Source: Eledone cirrhosa (taxonomy: Eukaryota). Taken from it: 64,000 nucleotides of DNA. Every line of letters begins with the position of its first letter. Within the stretch, counting starts at the first letter, position 1. The notes under the pieces are model-generated. The model saw only the letters and a program-made list of their open reading frames with translations, did not search any database and was not told where the DNA came from. This document shows positions 14,272 to 26,936 of this stretch, one piece after another. The DNA lies in assembly GCA_964016885.1 (NCBI GenBank), contig OZ024740.1, positions 159,836,001-159,900,000 of the forward strand, read 5' to 3'. A program made the translations under genes and the position numbers.

Positions 14272-14462
14272 TAATTGTTTCTACTTTTGGCACAAGGCCA
14301 GCAATTATCCAGTGCATTACTGGTACTTTATTTTATCGACCCCGTAAGGATGAAAGGCAAAGTTAACCTCGGCGGGATTTGAACTCAAACCATAAAGGGG
14401 CGTAACTCTTTGCTGCAAAGCATGGCGTCAGACCCTCTACCGATACTGCCAATCCACCGCCC
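14272..14462 (-). mobile_element. SINE family A with TSD
   Basis: Full copy; CATTTCTAATAATAATAAT is repeated at 14257 and 14476. Confidence 0.9.
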
Positions 14463-15009
14463 TATCCACCTAATCCATTTCTAATAATAATAATATATAT
14501 TATATATATATATATGTATGTGTGTATATGTATGTATGTATTATATATATATATGTGTGTGTGTGTGTGTGAATATGCAACAAGTAAACGGAAAACACGT
14601 CAAACGATGCAATACAATGAACATATATATTAGTTTAATGTTTGGTATAGTAGGAAAAGAATGTTAACGTTTTAGGCGGTAGTCCATCATCAGAAAATAG
14701 ATTGAGAAATAGAAAGATATAGGAGAATAAGGAAAGGAAGAAATAGGAAAAAATAAATTAAATTTGAGAAATACCACATGTGTTTTCAGTCAGTTATTTT
14801 GGGAAAGTGCATTTCAGAATGTATCTTAGATATTAGAGGGGTTTAATTTTATATATATATATATATATATATTAGAAAGTGAGGTTTTTTTTACAAAATG
14901 AAAAATAACCGAGGTGTCCTACACGAGTGGAAGTATAAAGAAAAAGAGATGAAATCGAAAATGCAACTGAAGTCTTATTTTTTTAAAAAATATATATATT
15001 TATTTGGTT

Positions 15010-15047
15010 CCTTTACCGGTTTCGCAGTTCTTCTGCTTTTCAAATGG
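15010..15047 (-). ncRNA. Minimal type I hammerhead, U3-A8 variant (one stem I mismatch)
   Basis: Reverse complement of 15123-15160. Confidence 0.7.
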
Positions 15048-15122
15048 TGAGTTGAGATGGAGGGTCTGTGGTTTTTCTCACATCTGATGTGAGAAAAGCG
15101 ACAGACCCTCCATCTCAACTCA

Positions 15123-15160
15123 CCTTTTGAAAAGCAGAAGAACTGCGAAACCGGTAAAGG
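15123..15160 (+). ncRNA. Minimal type I hammerhead, U3-A8 variant
   Basis: CCTT-TTGAAAA-GCAG aagaa CTGC-GAA-ACCGGT-A-AAGG. All stems pair; GUA cleavage triplet. Confidence 0.8.
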
Positions 15161-15762
15161 AACCAAATAAATATATATATTTTTAAAAAAAATAAGACTT
15201 CAGTTGCATTTTCGATTTCATCTCTTTTTCTTTATATATATATATATATATACACATACATACATACACACACGCGTGTGTGTGTGTGTGTAATGCACAA
15301 ATAGCAAAGATGAAAATGAAATCATTTTATTCTAACAGGTGTTTCTACAAATATAAAATAATAAAAGAAGACTTTATCACCCAGCTATATAACATATGCT
15401 TTAATAGATCACAATCTGAAATGATGATTCAAGGATGAATAATAACTCTAATCTATATTTGTGTTGTCAGAGAAGACAAACGATCAAAGATGTTATTGTT
15501 CATTGTATACATAACAAATTAGCATACCTCTTCATTTAACTGAATATTTACCCTTTGATATGTATATATATATTTTCACCACAAAATAGGTGACGGAACA
15601 CACGAGGATTTTCTCAAAAACATTTGTTCTTTCTGCTTCCTCTCCTCTCTCTTTCTATTTTTATTTTATTTTTTATGTCATCTTCTGATAAAATATTATC
15701 GGCTGAAACTTTCTCTATTATATTAAGCGTTTAACTAATATATATCTTTATTGTACCGTATC

Positions 15763-15873
15763 GTTAGATAAGGGATGCAATTGGTTGTATCTTTGTCTTA
15801 TATGTCAAGAATTGTGTTTTTGTTCCTCGACATAAAGGACAACGATACAACCAATTGCGTCGCTTGTTTTAAC
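15763..15873. repeat. Imperfect ~45-bp inverted repeat (long hairpin)
   Basis: GATGCAATTGGTTGTATCTTTGTCTTATATGTC ... GACATAAAGGACAACGATACAACCAATTGCGTC. Confidence 0.8.
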
Positions 15874-16228
15874 AAGAACCTGAGTGACAATTATATTACA
15901 TATGGAAATTTAGTAAACTAAGCATAAAAAAGTTTTGAAAAGCAGTTTTAGGCGACACCGGTCAAGTACAAAACTATTCTTTTGGCGCAAGAAGATGTTT
16001 TTCCTTGAGTACTATACACTAAACATGTAAGGAGACAATGTTTTTTTTTTCGTTGTACACGTAACATGTAAGTACAACATCTATTTTCTATGTAGACATT
16101 TTTTTTCGATGTATCCTATACGTATGACAAACATATAATATAAAAATACAGTGCTTTGTTTCAAATCTTTATCATTTTTCTTATATAACACGATTTGTAT
16201 AGAAATCCTTCGTCCACCAACATTTTGA

Positions 16229-16287
<59 letters not shown>

Positions 16288-16363
16288 AATATGTATATAT
16301 TATATATATATATAATATATATATATATATATTATATATAATATATATATATATATATTATAT

Positions 16364-16395
<32 letters not shown>

Positions 16396-16478
16396 ATATA
16401 TATATATATAGTATATATATATATATATATTATATATATATATAATATATATATATAATATATATATATAATATATAT

Positions 16479-16627
<149 letters not shown>

Positions 16628-16669
16628 CGATATTAATAAATGGAAACTATATTTATAAAACCATATTTA

Positions 16670-16730
16670 TTTCATTATACATATTTCAGGGATACCACAT
16701 TAAATTATGGTATGCCTTCATCAGACAAAA
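16670..16730 (-). ncRNA. Type I hammerhead in a PLE-type terminus (about 16625-17200)
   Basis: TTTTGT-CTGATGA-AGGCATACCATA atttaa TGTGGTATCCCT-GAA-ATATGTAT-A-ATGAAA. Confidence 0.75.
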
Positions 16731-17293
16731 TACAATATATAACAGTTTTACAAATAGGTTTGACGTACCCTTTAAAATACAACCGTTACTTTTGGAGGCT
16801 GTCTGGATAGTGATTCATAGTGTTAAGCACAATTAGAAAAAGACGGAGAGAAAGAAAGAGAAAAGAACAAAGACAGAGATAGAGAAAGAAACAAAGACAG
16901 AGAGAGAGAAAGAAAAAGACAGAGAGAGAGAAAGAAAAGAGAAAGAAAACCTGGAGAAATATCGGAGAGAGAGAGAAAAGTATGGAGAAAAGAAAGAGAT
17001 AGATAAAGATAGGAGGAAATAAAAAAGAAAGAAAAGGAATAAGAAAAACAAAGGAATAAGAAAAACAAAGGAAAGCAACAGAGAGATATCAAGTCATCAT
17101 ACAGAAAGAGAAACTCAAGAGAGAGAAATATTATATAGAGAGAGGGGGACAGTGATAACTTTACGTCATGTCATATTAAGTTAAGTTAACAATTTATATG
17201 AAATGAATAATAAAAATATAAATATAAGTATCAATATTCATGAATGGGACATAGATACATAAAAATAATATATAATATATATATATATATAAT

Positions 17294-17325
<32 letters not shown>

Positions 17326-17333
17326 ATATACAT

Positions 17334-17365
<32 letters not shown>

Positions 17366-17658
17366 ATATATATATATATTATATATATATATATAATATA
17401 TATATATATATATAATATATATATATATATAATATATATATATAATATATATATATATATAATATATATATATATATAATATATATATATATGATATATA
17501 TATATAATATATATATATATAAAATATATATAATATATATATATATATATAATATATATATATATATAATATATATATATATACAATATATATATATATA
17601 TATAATATAAAATAAAGTTAAATAAAAGTCAAAGGATTAAAATTTAGCTTCGTTTATT

Positions 17659-17713
17659 ACTGCTATATATATTTCAGTGACAGCCATCTTTGGCTGTGAC
17701 CTCTTCAGGCAGT
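17659..17713 (-). ncRNA. Type I hammerhead
   Basis: Reverse complement of 17944-17998. Confidence 0.85.
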
Positions 17714-17943
17714 TTGAATTAGTATGGTATAGACAAGTACATATGTTGTTTAGGTGTATGATATTGTCAATACTCTGATATGCCCAGTTCCTTGTTGGTT
17801 TGTTAATTCACTGGGGAACTGCAGTCATATGACTCCAGTTCCCCAGTGAATTAACAACCCAACAAGGAACTGGGCATATCAGAGTATTGACAATATCATA
17901 CACCTAAACAACATATGTACTTGTCTATACCATACTAATTCAA

Positions 17944-17998
17944 ACTGCCTGAAGAGGTCACAGCCAAAGATGGCTGTCACTGAAATATATATAGCAGT
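17944..17998 (+). ncRNA. Type I hammerhead
   Basis: ACTGC-CTGAAGA-GGTCACAGCC aaagat GGCTGTCACT-GAA-ATATATAT-A-GCAGT. Confidence 0.85.
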
Positions 17999-18139
17999 AA
18001 TAAACGAAGCTAAATTTTAATCATTTGACTTTTATTTAACTTTATTTTACACTACTCCGGAGTAACCAAACCAACTTGCGCACTTCGTCGAGTGCTCCAG
18101 CCTGCATACTGAGGTGTTGGTATACAACCAACATAAACT

Positions 18140-18333
<194 letters not shown>

Positions 18334-18360
18334 ATATATTATATATATATATATATATAT

Positions 18361-20763
18361 ATTAGAAAGTGAGGGTTTTTTTACAAAATGAAAAATAACC
18401 GAGGTGTCCTACACGAGTGAAAGTATAAAGAAAAAGAGATGAAATCGAAAATGCAACTGAAGTCTTATTTCTTTTAAAAATATATATATTTATTTGGTTC
18501 CTTTACCGGTTTCGCAGTTCTTCTGCTTTTCAAAAGGTGAGTTGAGATGGAGGGTCTGTGGTTTTTCTCACATCTGGTTGGTCTCTGAATGTTACTTGTT
18601 TTATATGGAAAAAGTGGCTCGAAATGCCAGGTTTTTCGAGAAGTAATTTGATTGGTTTGTCAATAATTATAATAAATTTTGCGCCAGTTCGCGTTACAAT
18701 AGTTCTTCAAATAAGAGGGGGGGGGGTTATCAGAGGTTGTTTTTTCATATATGAGTGTTTGAATTTCTTTTTACTTGAAAAAAGGGGCTAACGAAGGCTT
18801 TTTTTTGGTTAGTTATAAATGAAATTATGGCTGTCACGTGAACAAGTTTTCATTAAATTTCCGTGCCCTTATTTGGAAATCCATTCTGTAGCCTTTTTAG
18901 AGAATTTTATGATAAGTGAAAGATAATGGTCAAGAGAAAGGGATGGGAGAATTGTTCTGGTTCAGTGAATATGGTTAGTTCGCTGGGGTGTCAGAATTCA
19001 GATTTTCTATTGAATAAAGAAAGTAAAGATATGTATGTTTATTTGTGTGCTTGTGTGTGCGTGCGTGCGTGTGTGTGTGTGTGTTGGGTGTGTGTGTGTT
19101 TGAATTTCTTTACTTAAAAAAAAGGTGGCTCACGAAGGCTTTTTTTTAATAAACGTGATATGATTGGTTATAAATGAAATTTGGCTGTCACGTGAACAAG
19201 TTTTCATTACATTTTTGCGCCCTTATTTGGAAATCTATTCTGTAGCCTTTATAGAGAATGTTATGACAATGGAAAGATAGTGGTCAAGAGAAATGGGATT
19301 GGGAGAATTGTTCTGGTTCAGTGAATATGGTTAGTTCGCTGGGGTGTCAGAGTTCAGATTTTCTATTGAAGTAAAGATATGTATGTTTATTTGTGTGCTT
19401 GTGTGTGTGTGTGTGTGTGTGTGTGTATTGGAAGATGATTCTATTAGTAGAAATTGGGGAGGAAGTTCTGTGTGTGTGTATATGGGTGTTATGTGTGTGT
19501 GTGCGAGTATGTTAAGATGGAGAGAATATATATTTTGTTTGTGTGTATATATGTGTGTAGGAAAGTGGTTCTATTAGTAGAAATGGGGGAGGGGAGTTGT
19601 GGGTGTGGGGGTTGTTATGTGTGTGTATGGGTGTTATGTGTGTGGGAGTATGGTTAGCATGTTAAGATGAAGAGAATATATATATATATATATATATTGT
19701 GTGTGTGTGTGTGTGTGTAGGAAAATGATTCCTTTAGTAGGAATATTTTTGAGTGAACATATTTTCCTTACTTATTCGTATTTGTTCTGTTGTATTGTCA
19801 CTGCAAACGTATGTTAAGGTTTATTTAGTTCGGGTTTTTATTTTCTAAAGTAGAAGGTGTTATGTGTGTGTGTGTATGTCATATTATGGTGTTGACATAA
19901 TGTATATTAAACCATATTTAATGTTGGTCTATATTTTTGAATAAACATATTTTCCTTATTTATTCGTATTTGTTCTGTTGTATTGTTAGCGCAAAGGTAA
20001 AATGGGAAGACTTGGAATTTGGGTGTCTTATTATTTGCGCAAATGTCTAGATGTGCACTTAGTGGTATCTGTCTCGTGGTTGGATCTCGTAATTGTTGGC
20101 GATGAACTGTCATTCTGTTTCTGAGTGTGAGTTTAGTTTGTCCTATATAATCTTCATTGCATCCTTTACATTTAATGGCATAAATTAGATTTTTTGATGA
20201 GCAAGTGAAGTGATTTTTTTACAGTAAAATTTTATCCTGATTTAAATGTATACGTGTTGCCTTCAATGAGGTGAGTGCAGGTTCCACAATTAGAGCGACC
20301 ACATTTTTTTACACTTGGTTGTGGGTTTGTGGTAGGTAATTTGGCATTGGTGAGTAATGTTTTCAGTGATTTTGGTTGTCTTTTGCTTTTGATTATTTTG
20401 TGTGTTGTAAGGGCTTTTTTCATTCTTGGGTTTTGTTTTAGTAGTGGGATGTTCTTGTGAATAGTGTTGTAAGCTTCCGCATTTCTTGGGTTGTGTGTTG
20501 AGATATATGGCAGAATATTGGACGTACCTTGAATTTGTTTCTGTATCCGTAATTCATCAATGCCAATTGCTTTAGCCCATTCTATTCCATTATTTATTAG
20601 TAATAGTGGGTAGTCTCTCTCTCGAGTAGAATTTCATTTAATTCTTGAAGTCTTTTATTTCGCGTTTCATAATTGGAGACAATTGTGCAAATTCTTCTTA
20701 CTAGGTTAAAAGGAATGTTCGTCTTCGTGTGCTTTGGATGGTTGGAGGTGAATAGCATATATT

Positions 20764-20765
<2 letters not shown>
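18361..20765 (-). mobile_element. 5'-truncated Penelope-like element (Neptune-like Cys linker plus GIY-YIG)
   Basis: KCGRSNCGTC linker, NLIYAIKCKGCNEDYIGQT...RMTVH, KENMFIQKYRPTLN (about 19907-20750, disrupted). The 3' region has an internal duplication and a hammerhead. Confidence 0.9.
18500..18537 (-). ncRNA. Minimal hammerhead, U3-A8 variant, on the PLE sense strand
   Basis: Exact reverse complement of 15123-15160. Confidence 0.8.
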
Positions 20766-20828
<63 letters not shown>

Positions 20829-20855
20829 TTAAATATATATATATATATATATTAA

Positions 20856-20886
<31 letters not shown>

Positions 20887-21179
20887 ATAAAATATATATA
20901 TATATTATATATACATATTATATATATATATTATATATATATTTATATATATATATAATATATATATATATATTATATATATATATATACATATATTAAA
21001 TATATATATATATATATATTAAATATATATATATATATTATATATATATATAAAATATATATATATATTATATATACATATTATATATATATTATATATA
21101 TATTTATATATATATATTATATATATATATATATTATATATATATATTATATATATATATTATATATATATTATATATA

Positions 21180-21238
<59 letters not shown>

Positions 21239-21281
21239 TATTATATATATATATATTATACATATATATATATTATATATT

Positions 21282-21330
<49 letters not shown>

Positions 21331-21385
21331 TATATATATATAATATATATATATATAATATATATATAATATTTATATAATATAT

Positions 21386-21428
<43 letters not shown>

Positions 21429-21462
21429 TATAATATATATATATAATATATTATACATATAC

Positions 21463-21493
<31 letters not shown>

Positions 21494-21663
21494 ATATAAT
21501 ATATATATATATATAATATATATAGATATATATAATATATATATTTATAATATATATATATATATATAAAATATATATATATATATAATATATATATATA
21601 TAATATATATATATAATATATATATACATATTATATATATATATATATAATATATATATATAA

Positions 21664-21719
<56 letters not shown>

Positions 21720-21739
21720 TAAATATATAATATATATAT

Positions 21740-21778
<39 letters not shown>

Positions 21779-21905
21779 TATATATAATATATAAATATAT
21801 ATATAATATATATATAAATATAATATATATATAATATATATATATATAATATATATAATATATATATATAATATATATAATATATATATATATAATATAA
21901 ATATA

Positions 21906-21965
<60 letters not shown>

Positions 21966-22006
21966 TAATATATATATAATATATATGATATATAAGTTTA
22001 ATATAT

Positions 22007-22038
<32 letters not shown>

Positions 22039-22265
22039 ATATATATATAATATATATATAATATATATATAATATATATATAATATATATATAATATATA
22101 TATAATATATATATATAATTTACATATAAAATATATATAATATATATATATAATATATATATAATATATATATAATATATATATAATATATATATATAAT
22201 TTACATATAAAATATATATAATATATATATATAATATATTTATAATATATAAATAATATATATAT

Positions 22266-22297
<32 letters not shown>

Positions 22298-22300
22298 ATA

Positions 22301-23050
22301 TATCACGATAAATTAACGGAGGCAGAGGCCCTCGCTATTCCCTGTAAATAATGGGCTCAAAGGAGAAGAGATCCTGAGCTCTTTAAAAATACAATATGTT
22401 GTAAAGGTAATACACCAGAGAGAGATATACAGTGCGTTATCAATAATACAGGGGAAAAAAAACACCAGTGTATGGAATCTATAACCTATGAAAGGCAGAC
22501 TATAGACACGATAATTAAAAATATAAATTAAAGCGTAAATAAATACCTCTATAACTATATACCACACGTACAAATCCAAAGATATGTTTCACCAATAATT
22601 TGTTGAAAGAAATGGGTTAGTCTCGGTTCATCAGCGTGTGTGAGGCTATTCATTTCAGACAACACTAAGAGAATTTTAAAATTGACTGTCCAGCTAAACG
22701 TGGGAGAGAGAAGTCACAGCGTGTTTAAGGGCAGTGAACCATTGGCCTCTGAGGGACGAACTGCTAGAAAGGGCAGCCCAAAGCCACTCAGAGAAGTGTG
22801 CTCAACCAAACAGATAGGAAAGACTGTTATTAGGAGTGAAATATCACGATAAATTAACGGAGGCATAGACCCTCGCTATTCCCTGTAAATAATGTGCTCA
22901 AAGGAGAAGAGACCCTGAGCCCTTTAAAATACAATATTTTGAAAGGTAACACACCAGAGAGAGATATATAGTGCGTTATCAATAATACAGGAAAAAAACC
23001 ACCAGTGTTGATAACGCACTATATATCTCTCTCTGGTGTGTTACCTTTAA
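22301..23050 (-). mobile_element. ORF-less retrozyme-like / non-autonomous PLE unit (541-bp period, about 1.3 copies, short terminal inversion)
   Basis: 22301-22470 is repeated at 22842-23008; 23008-23048 inverts 22942-22982; contains a hammerhead; TA flanks. Confidence 0.7.
22563..22640 (-). ncRNA. Type I hammerhead with full stems
   Basis: CACACG-CTGATGA-ACCGA...TTGGT-GAA-ACATATC ttt GGATTTGT-A-CGTGTG. Confidence 0.85.
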
Positions 23051-23059
23051 TATAATATA

Positions 23060-23133
<74 letters not shown>

Positions 23134-23297
23134 ATATTATATATATATATATTATATATATATATATATATTATATATATATATATATATTATATATTAT
23201 ATATATATATATATTATATATATATTATATATATATATATTATATATATATATATTATATATATATATATATTATATATATATATATATTATATATA

Positions 23298-23475
23298 CGT
23301 TATTCCGGGTTGAATCGGAGGTAACCACAGTAAGTAAGGTACTCAATACATAGCAGAGTATAACAGTTTTAATATAGATGAGATTCTACAGGACTAGAAC
23401 TGTTTCATTCATTAGAAATCATCAGGATGATTTCTAATGAATGAAATAGTTCTAGTCCTGTAGAATCTCATCTAT
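23298..23475 (-). mobile_element. Short PLE-type terminus with a fold-back at a truncated hammerhead
   Basis: Arms of about 50 bp around 23424-23425. Minus strand reads CTGATGA-TTTCtaatGAAT-GAAAC...GTC starting at 23425. Confidence 0.65.
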
Positions 23476-23721
23476 ATATTATTATATATATATATTAAAT
23501 ATATATATATTATATATATAATATATATTATATATATAATATATATATATTATATATATATATATTATATATATATATATTATATATATATATTATATAT
23601 ATATATATATATTATATATATATATATATATTATATATATAATATATTATATATATATATTATATATATATATATTTATATATTATATATATATATATAT
23701 TATATATATATATATATAAAT

Positions 23722-23753
<32 letters not shown>

Positions 23754-23754
23754 G

Positions 23755-23828
<74 letters not shown>

Positions 23829-23975
23829 TATATATATATATCTTATATATATATATAATTATATATATATATATATTATATATATATATATTATATATAT
23901 ATATCTTATATATATATTATATATATATATATATATTATATATATATATATATTATATATTATATATATATATAT

Positions 23976-24007
<32 letters not shown>

Positions 24008-24102
24008 ATATTATATATATATATATTATATATATATATATATTATATATATAAATATATTATATATATATATATATTATATATATATATATATTATATA
24101 TA

Positions 24103-24152
<50 letters not shown>

Positions 24153-24195
24153 AATATCTTATATATATATATATATTATATATATATATATATAT

Positions 24196-24257
<62 letters not shown>

Positions 24258-24262
24258 ATATA

Positions 24263-24303
<41 letters not shown>

Positions 24304-24326
24304 TATTTATTAAAATAACAGATTAA

Positions 24327-24377
24327 AGTTTAAGCAAAGAATCGCTGCTTCCACCCTTAACGGGATCTTCTGAAACT
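24327..24377 (-). ncRNA. Degenerate hammerhead making up most of a ~75-bp insert in (TA)n
   Basis: AGTTT-CAGAAGA-T-CCC gttaa GGG-T-GGA-AGCAG...TTGCT-T-AAACT. A partial second copy at 4569-4620 has canonical GAA. Confidence 0.55.
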
Positions 24378-24934
24378 AACAATATATTATATATATATAT
24401 TCACATAATATATATATATTATATATATATATTATATATATATATATTATATAGATAAATATTATATATATATATTATATATATATATATTATATATATA
24501 TATTATATATATATATATATTATATATATATATACATTATATATATATATATATTATATATATATATATATTCTATATATATATATATTATATATATATT
24601 ATATATATATATTATATATATATATTATATATATATTATATATATATATATTATATATATATATTATATATATATATATATTATATATATATATATTATA
24701 TATATATATATATTATATATATATATTATATATATATATATATTATATATATATATTATATATATATTATATATATATTATATATATATTATATATATAT
24801 TATATATATATTATATATATATTATATATATATTATATATATATATTATATATATATATTATATATATATATTATATATATATTATATATATTATTATAT
24901 ATATATATTATATATATATATATATATATATTAT

Positions 24935-26396
24935 ATGCCCTCCTCGACTTCCGAATCAACATCACGGAACAGGGAAGGATCCACTGCAACTTCTACCGAA
25001 AGCAACCTGCAGGGACCTGTTCGTTCACTACAATCCGCCCTCCCTAACAGTGCCAAAAGAGGATACATCACGAACGAGATCGCGCGAATCAATAACAGAT
25101 GCAGCGATCCCGCGAGTGGTGTCACTCATACCAAGCGATTCCTCGAGGTGCTGGAGACGAACGGGTACCCTACCTCGATCACAGACAGAATAAGAGACAC
25201 CAGACGCAAGAGACAGAGAAGCACCCAAGGCAAGTGCTTCCTTAAAATGCCACACCTGGGCGAGAAAACCACCAACGCTATCCGCAAGGCTATACGGAGG
25301 GAGGGCCTCGACATCCACCTGGCCCACTCGGGCCCCTCCCTACGAAGATGCCTCTCCATGAAACCCGAAAGATCTACTGACGCATGCTCCCTCAGAGACT
25401 GCCCGATACGCCATGCGAACTGTTGCCTACGCACATACGTCGTGTATAAGATAGAATGTGACAGGTGCAACCAATACTACATAGGTAGCATAATTCGACC
25501 TTTGCACATCCGGATCAAGGAACACATTAAAACCAGGGCCTCGTCTTTACGGAAACACATAGACAAATGCGGAAACAAAGACGGAAGGCCCATTGTCACA
25601 ATTCTAGCGACTGAAAGAAACGTCGGAACGTTACGTATCAAGGAAGCGCTTTTTATCTGCGCAAATAAACAACCGATCAGGGAGAAGCGAAATGAGATGG
25701 CTGGTTTAAGTTAACAAGCGATGCAACAACACACAACACACGCACACACACACAAACGAGACAACTACACACACACACGCACACACACAGTAGCATTCCA
25801 CCATACGAACATACTACACTGCCAATACAGAGGAACAAGGCAACAACACACGCACACACACACACACACACACTCAAGCGAGACAACAACACACGCACAC
25901 ACACACACAGTAACATTTAACAAACAGGCAGAGAATGGACTGACAGCTAGCGCCATCCCACTCCCTCATTCGGCCGCTGACCTCTGTACGACCGACCCCA
26001 TTTCACGCGCACGCGCGCTCTACCGAATACCTCAGATATTCAAAACAACAAACAGCGAAGGACGCGTTCCGGACTTGTCCGATAGACAACCTTTTCCCCC
26101 ACCCCGGAAAAAAACCCCAGTTGATGGATGTGAATCCGAAATATATAGGGACTATTAAATCTCTCCCAAGGTAACTCTCTCTTGTGTTGTTATTTTTATT
26201 TTATCCTTTATACTCTTCCCTTCATTCTACACATCTTATACACACCACGCATCTCAACGTACACCCACTTACATCTCTCTCTCCACCACCGGACCTTGTT
26301 ACCCGGAGATTAACCCATTTGCATTGTCGAGGCTTCCAAACGACTTAAAGATATTTACTTATTGTTCCACAATGCTTCAAGCAAACTTCAATACTC
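24935..26396 (+). mobile_element. 5'-truncated Penelope-like element (RT thumb plus GIY-YIG, ORF 24935-25714)
   Basis: LETNGYP, CSLRDCPI, VVYKIECDRCNQYYIGS..RPLHIRIKEH, LRIKEALFI. Both ends lie in (TA)n. Confidence 0.9.
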
Positions 26397-26415
26397 TATA
26401 TATATATATATATAT

Positions 26416-26449
<34 letters not shown>

Positions 26450-26740
26450 ATAATATATATATATAATATAATATATATAATGTATAATATATATATATAT
26501 ATAATATATAATATATATATAATATATTTATAATATATATATAATATAATATATATAATGTATAATATATATATATATAATATATATATAATATATAATA
26601 TATATATAATATATATATAATATATATATATATAATATATAATATATAATATATATATATATAATATATAATATATATATAATATATATATAATATATAA
26701 ATATATTATATATAATATATATATAATATATATAATATAT

Positions 26741-26773
<33 letters not shown>

Positions 26774-26936
26774 ATATATAATATATATATATAATATATA
26801 ATATATATATAACATATATATATAATATATATATAATATATAATATATATATATAATATATAATATATATATAACATATATATATAATATATAATATATA
26901 TATTTAATATATATATATATATATATAATATATATA

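Larger units (their letters stand above)
14871..15236. mobile_element. PLE 3' terminus (same family as 18361-20765) as a fold-back
   Basis: 14871-15086 is near-identical to 18361-18576. Arms of about 150 bp around 15085; TA flanks. Confidence 0.9.

Noticed and set aside
14660-14700. CTGATGA on minus in a PLE-like island
   Set aside because: GAA is replaced by AAA and stem I does not pair; at best a dead hammerhead.
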